Below, in pieces: positions 59,497 through 64,000 of a stretch of 64,000 nucleotides of DNA. This DNA comes from Candidatus Latescibacterota bacterium (GTDB lineage Bacteria > Latescibacterota > UBA2968): positions 5,184,001 to 5,248,000 of the forward strand of contig OZ241986.1 of the NCBI GenBank assembly GCA_965204375.1. The letters are read 5' to 3'. Position 1 is the first letter of the stretch. Each line of letters starts with the position of its first letter. The notes beneath the pieces were generated by a model. That model saw only the letters and a list, made by a program, of their open reading frames with translations. It did not search any database and was not told the origin of the DNA. A program made the position numbers and the translations under genes.

Positions 59497-61083
59497 TCAC
59501 CCAATAAAGCGTTGAAACAGATTGTGAGTAATTTGCTGGACGCGCTCGTCTGGGCCTTGTTGCGTTACCCCATGCCTTGATGGGTTGACGTGCCCCGGTG
59601 GGCTGGACAAACCATTGGCCCACCAGATGGTGGCGCAGTTGAACACGATGTTGCCTTTTGGCCCGTCGTAAACGGTTGCGGTATAATGGCCCGGATTTTT
59701 GCCGTTGATCAGTGTTTCGCCTTCAGCAACGACTTGCATTCCGGGCAGGTCCATCGCGGGAGCACCGTGCCACTCCCAGCCAACGAGACCTTTGACCGAA
59801 TCTCCCTTTTCCATCCCGGTCCCTTCAAAAAGCCAGTGTTCTGGCATGGCGCATGTCCAATCGCCGCTTCCTCTACCGGGGGGAGTCCACCGTGCCCCCA
59901 TTAATTGTGCGCCATCGGGACCCATGTTGGGTTGAAAACCTTTCTGATTGTGCGTTCTTTGTTCGACCCTGCTGTGGTATTCGGATGGAAAGAACCAGCC
60001 TTCTCTGCGCGTGGCGCGGTTGGGCGTACCGTTTGCGGAAGGCAGCAGCGGTACTACACAGAGAACTGAATTGGCGCTTAGAAACGCCAGGTTCACGCCT
60101 TCGTCACGGGCTTTGAGCACATTGTCGTACATGTCCAAAGTCCAGTACTCGTCGTGCCCCACCGAAATGAACCCTTTGGTGCGCAGCAAACCCGCGGGGT
60201 CGGCGTGCGTGTCGATATTGGAGATATAGGAAACATCGTACCCGTGTTGCTCCAGCCAAAAGGACAATGGGAATTCCCAGGGCAGGAATTCGCCGGAGCC
60301 ACCGGAGGTCTTGTGCTTGTTGACGGGGTGGGTAAACAAGCCGTAGGGCCGATCGAAGCTCACTGTCCCGCTGGGCACACCGGTGCTGGAATACCCTTCA
60401 TGTTTTGTGTAAATAGAGAAATCGGCTGGCCAGCGGTTGTAGGCAGACCAGGTCAGGTCACTGCATTGAAACAGCAGATCGCAGGGGCGATCATCGCGGA
60501 CGATGAAGATGACGTAGCTCTGAATTCCGGTGGTCTCTTCCGTCAGTTTCCCCAGGTAGACGCCGCTCAGCCAATCTTCGGGAATCTCGAATTCCACAGA
60601 GGGCTTCCAACTGCATTCGCGCAGGTAGTTTTCATCGATGGGCGGGTCCGGCTGCTGGGTGCCTTCGAGCGCATCATAAGTACGAACAAGCCGCCCCCCA
60701 TCCCCGTTGTAGTAACCGGTCCGAAAGATCTCCAACTTGAACGCGGATGCTGGAGCCGTGCTCACCATAATCTGCAACTTCTCGCCAGCTCGAATGCTGT
60801 TCGCCGAGCAATACCCTTCAATCCACGGGCAGCGCCCGTTGGTCAAGATGGGATTGATCTTCCCCGGGAGCTGGCGTGTCTTGGTGAGCATCCAGTCCCG
60901 CGTTCCACGCTCGGCGTTTTCGAGTTGGATGCGATTGCGTCGTTTTGATTTCGATACGTTTGAATTTCCGTAGAGTTGTGGCGCGCCGAAGGTTCCGGCT
61001 GCGAGACCGAGACTTGTGGCGGCGACGCCTTTGATAAAATCGCGGCGATGCAGACCGCCCCCGGGTGTGTGTGATTCGGTCAT
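59497..61083 (-). CDS. Tat-exported DMF-amidase-beta-like (DUF6605-type) protein
   Basis: HRRDFIKG Tat motif, VGHDEYWT, AAGGAG RBS. Confidence 0.85.
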   Translation of the reverse strand: MTESHTPGGGLHRRDFIKGVAATSLGLAAGTFGAPQLYGNSNVSKSKRRNRIQLENAERGTRDWMLTKTRQLPGKINPILTNGRCPWIEGYCSANSIRAGEKLQIMVSTAPASAFKLEIFRTGYYNGDGGRLVRTYDALEGTQQPDPPIDENYLRECSWKPSVEFEIPEDWLSGVYLGKLTEETTGIQSYVIFIVRDDRPCDLLFQCSDLTWSAYNRWPADFSIYTKHEGYSSTGVPSGTVSFDRPYGLFTHPVNKHKTSGGSGEFLPWEFPLSFWLEQHGYDVSYISNIDTHADPAGLLRTKGFISVGHDEYWTLDMYDNVLKARDEGVNLAFLSANSVLCVVPLLPSANGTPNRATRREGWFFPSEYHSRVEQRTHNQKGFQPNMGPDGAQLMGARWTPPGRGSGDWTCAMPEHWLFEGTGMEKGDSVKGLVGWEWHGAPAMDLPGMQVVAEGETLINGKNPGHYTATVYDGPKGNIVFNCATIWWANGLSSPPGHVNPSRHGVTQQGPDERVQQITHNLFQRFIG

Positions 61084-61110
61084 ATTGTCTCCTTTTCCCA
61101 TTGTTGGACC

Positions 61111-62733
61111 TTACTCTACAAACCGATTAAACACATTCTCCATCATGCGTTGCACGCGCGGATCCGGGCCTTGCGGCTCGGCAACCCGCGCGGGTAGTAC
61201 GTGGCCTAGAGGCGATGCCAAGCCTTGTGCCCACCAGATCGTCCCGGCGTTGAACACAAAGTTGTTCTTGGGCCCGTCGTAGATCGTCGCGACATGGGGC
61301 GGTTTGACTTTTCCCTGGTTATTTTTTGTGGCGCCTTTCGCCAGGATTTCCATCCCGGGCTGATCGTAAGGGGGAGAACCGTGCCATTCCCATCCCACCA
61401 GGCCTTTGATTGCGTCGCCTTCTTTCAGGTCTGTGCCTTGATATAGCCAGTGATCGGGCTTGACGCAGACCCAGTCTCCGCCGCCGCCGATACCGGCCGT
61501 ACGTCCACCCATAAGCAGCGCCCCGTCCGGCCCTGGCGGAGACTTGAAGCCTGTTCGCTTGTGATACATCCCGCCAAGTTCCTGGCCAAGGAACACGCCT
61601 TCCCGCCGCATGATCCGGTGGGACTGCCCCTCGGCAGAGGGCAACAAAGATACAACGCCCCAGATGGCGTTCCCGCTCAGGAAGGTGAGGTTGACACCGG
61701 CGTCCCGAGCCTCGATGACGTTGTCATACATTTCCCGGGTCCAATACTCGTCGTGCCCTACCGAGATAAAGCCTTTGGCGCGCTGCAGTCCAGATCCATC
61801 CGCGTGCGTATCCACATTTGAGATATACGACACATCGTAGCCCTGCTGCTCTATCCAATAGGACAGCGGAAATTCCCAAAGAAGAAATTCGCCCGAACCC
61901 TGGGACTTGGGATTCTTGACCAGATGATCCATGCAGAACTGCGCGTAGGGACGGTCAAAACTCACCCATCCGGTATCCGGACCGGTACTCCACTTTTTCC
62001 TTTTCTTATATCCCGTGTAGCCATTCTCGTCGTTGTGGTAAAGAGACCACTCGTTAGTAGGCCAACTGTTGTAGGCTTGCCAGGTCATGTCGCTGCACTG
62101 GAAGAGCAAATCGCAGGGGCGATCATCGCGGACGATGAAGATGACGTAGCTTTGCAGACCTTCCTTGGCAGTGAGTTTGCCCAGATAGACGCCGCTCAGC
62201 CAATCGTTGGGGATCTCCAATTCTACCGATGGTTCCCACTTGCATTCTCGCAAGCGGTTCTCGCCGATTGGTGGATCCGGTTGGGTTTTACCCGGCAGCG
62301 AATCAAATCGTTTCATGAACCGCCCGCCGGTGCCGCCGTAGTAACCCGTGCGGAAGATTTCCAGACTGAACTCCGACACTGGATTCGTGCTCACCATGAT
62401 CTTGATCGTGTCGCCGGCACGCACACTCATCGCGGAGCAGTAGCCCTCGATTCGCGGGGAACGCCACAACTCCACCGGTTCGATGTCGTTGATGTCGGTC
62501 TTAGTGAGCAACCAGTCGCGCGTTCCACGCCTGGCGTTTTCGAGTTGGATACGCTTGCGTCGTTTTGATTTCGATACGTTTGAATTTCCGTAGAGCTGTG
62601 GCGTGCCGAAGGTTCCGGCTGCGAGCCCGAGACTTGCGGCTGCGACGCCTTTGATTAAATCACGGCGATTCAGGCCATTTTGACACGTAAAACGCTTCCA
62701 GAAATGAAAAACTGCTTTCAAATCTTTGCTCAT
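61111..62733 (-). CDS. Tat-motif DMF-amidase-beta-like protein whose first about 22 codons derive from a CRISPR-leader copy
   Basis: NRRDLIKG. The 5' end matches leader 36008-36104. Confidence 0.8.
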   Translation of the reverse strand: MSKDLKAVFHFWKRFTCQNGLNRRDLIKGVAAASLGLAAGTFGTPQLYGNSNVSKSKRRKRIQLENARRGTRDWLLTKTDINDIEPVELWRSPRIEGYCSAMSVRAGDTIKIMVSTNPVSEFSLEIFRTGYYGGTGGRFMKRFDSLPGKTQPDPPIGENRLRECKWEPSVELEIPNDWLSGVYLGKLTAKEGLQSYVIFIVRDDRPCDLLFQCSDMTWQAYNSWPTNEWSLYHNDENGYTGYKKRKKWSTGPDTGWVSFDRPYAQFCMDHLVKNPKSQGSGEFLLWEFPLSYWIEQQGYDVSYISNVDTHADGSGLQRAKGFISVGHDEYWTREMYDNVIEARDAGVNLTFLSGNAIWGVVSLLPSAEGQSHRIMRREGVFLGQELGGMYHKRTGFKSPPGPDGALLMGGRTAGIGGGGDWVCVKPDHWLYQGTDLKEGDAIKGLVGWEWHGSPPYDQPGMEILAKGATKNNQGKVKPPHVATIYDGPKNNFVFNAGTIWWAQGLASPLGHVLPARVAEPQGPDPRVQRMMENVFNRFVE

Positions 62734-62761
62734 AATACACACTCCTGCAAAAGATTAGAAA
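62665..62761 (-). repeat. Diverged 97-bp copy of a CRISPR leader segment (36008-36104)
   Basis: Shares tcaggccattttgaca and gctcataatacacactcctgcaaaag.ttagaaa, colinear. Confidence 0.85.
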
Positions 62762-62767
62762 ATGGAA

Positions 62768-62941
62768 CAATGCCCAGAAGGTTTCTGTCATAACTTGCGG
62801 TATGTTGCCAACTACAGCGAACAATTTATGTTGCATATCATTATCCTTTTGAGACATTGTGTTGACTTTTGTAGTATAACACCGTACTCTTAAAATTTCA
62901 ATCTCTGACTGTTTGCAATACGTATCAGTAGGGAGGACAAT
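62768..62941 (-). pseudogene. Truncated second copy of the CARF-activator 5' end plus upstream promoter region (matches 51668-51841)
   Basis: MSQKDNDMQHKLFAVVGNIPQVMTETFWAL versus MSQEDNDMQHKLVAVVGNTPQVMTETFWAL. Confidence 0.88.
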
Positions 62942-63024
62942 ATATTCTGGTCTATGCTCAACAACAGAAATCCGCTCGGCACGAAGTTGCCTTGATCCGG
63001 CTGTCTTCTCTCAGGAGATATTAG

Positions 63025-64000
63025 ATGCAGGTTAATCAAGCCAAATACCTGCGGAGCGTTGGCGAGGAGCATCGCAAGAGATACGGGCAGTTCTTCACTC
63101 GCCCTGAAGTGGCTGAGTTTATGGTGCGGTGGGTCTTGAAATCAGGGCAGAGGACGCTCTTTGACCCCGGCTTTGGTCTGGGTGCTTTTTTCGATCCCGT
63201 TGCCGACGATCCAGGCATTGTGTTCGCCGGAAGTGAGAAAGATCCCAAAATTCTCGGCTTTTGGACAGGCGGGGCAAGGGGACGGAAAGTGGAGATTGAG
63301 CCTGAAGACTATCTGCTCTCCTGGGGGAAATCACACGCCAATATCGTCTGTAATCCGCCTTACATGCGCTTTCAGAAGTTTATTGGCAGGGATTCCGTGT
63401 TCAAGGGGTTTGTCGATAATCTGGGTTTGCGATTGTCGGGATACACGAATACGGCATCCGCATTCTTGCTGAAGTCGCTCTCCGAACTGAATGGGGAGGG
63501 ACGACTTGCGTATATTATGCCTCTTGAGTTTCTCAATACTGGATATGGAATCATTGTTAAGAAACGTCTTATCGAGAGCGGTCATCTTGTCTCTATTATC
63601 AATCTTAAATGTGAGAAGGACATATTCCCCGATGCAATAACCTCAGTGGGAATAATTCTGTATGATGCCTGTCGGCAATATTCCCACGTTGATTTCCATA
63701 TCGCCGATTCCATTTCTTCATTGGAAAACATCCTTGAAAATCAGCCAATTACCAGGATCGCATTGGACCGACTCAATCCAGAGTCGAAGTGGTTGTCATA
63801 CTTCCAGAAAAATACATTCGATATCAATCATGGAATGACGGTGCCGCTGAACTATTATGGTCATTTCAGCAGAGGCATTGCCACCGGAGCCAACGAGTTT
63901 TTTGTTTTGAAACCGTCTCGCGCCAAAACGCTGGGAATCAATGGCCCGGAGATTGTTCCCTGCATTACGAAAAGCTCTCAAATTCGGCAACCGGTGTTTG
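63025..64000 (+). CDS. N6-adenine DNA methyltransferase (restriction-modification), runs off window end
   Basis: Hand translation: MQVNQAKY...YGQFFT, DPGFGLGAF (motif I), CNPPY (motif IV), YIMPLEFLN. CAGGAG RBS. Confidence 0.88.
   Translation, partial: MQVNQAKYLRSVGEEHRKRYGQFFTRPEVAEFMVRWVLKSGQRTLFDPGFGLGAFFDPVADDPGIVFAGSEKDPKILGFWTGGARGRKVEIEPEDYLLSWGKSHANIVCNPPYMRFQKFIGRDSVFKGFVDNLGLRLSGYTNTASAFLLKSLSELNGEGRLAYIMPLEFLNTGYGIIVKKRLIESGHLVSIINLKCEKDIFPDAITSVGIILYDACRQYSHVDFHIADSISSLENILENQPITRIALDRLNPESKWLSYFQKNTFDINHGMTVPLNYYGHFSRGIATGANEFFVLKPSRAKTLGINGPEIVPCITKSSQIRQPVF

Overview
Bacterial chromosomal window, rich in sulfatases and carrying a large cadherin-like autotransporter. The gene content is reminiscent of marine host-associated lineages, but that is inference only. 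1-26 kb is mostly housekeeping or catabolic: autotransporter, PfkB kinase, four sulfatases, SDR, enolase-family dehydratase, S9 peptidase, argRCBD, K+ channel and a GT4. 26.4-51.8 kb is a complete minus-strand type III-D CRISPR-Cas locus. It contains CAPP(TPR-primase)-cas1-cas2, a 76-repeat array, two CARF ancillary genes, the cas10/cas7/csx10/cas11/csx19 operon with an IS5 inserted upstream, ykvA, cas6, and a CARF-sigma54 AAA+-Fis HTH activator. The main find is that this activator appears to have its own regulon written in the DNA. Three perfect sigma54 -24/-12 promoters, each preceded by paired GTGCA-N4-TGCAC palindromes, face cas6, ykvA/cas10, and an unannotated 55-aa membrane-protein ORF that sits between two degenerate CRISPR repeats upstream of CAPP-cas1-cas2. 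This suggests a cyclic-oligoadenylate-triggered transcriptional circuit. A single-chain CARF-RelE-like-CARF effector is also present. 52-62.7 kb holds four tandem DMF-amidase-beta-like (DUF6605-type) paralogs. These are followed by the deletion scar of a second, homologous CRISPR locus and a truncated N6-adenine methyltransferase at the window end. All family assignments come from motif recognition by eye; no searches were run.
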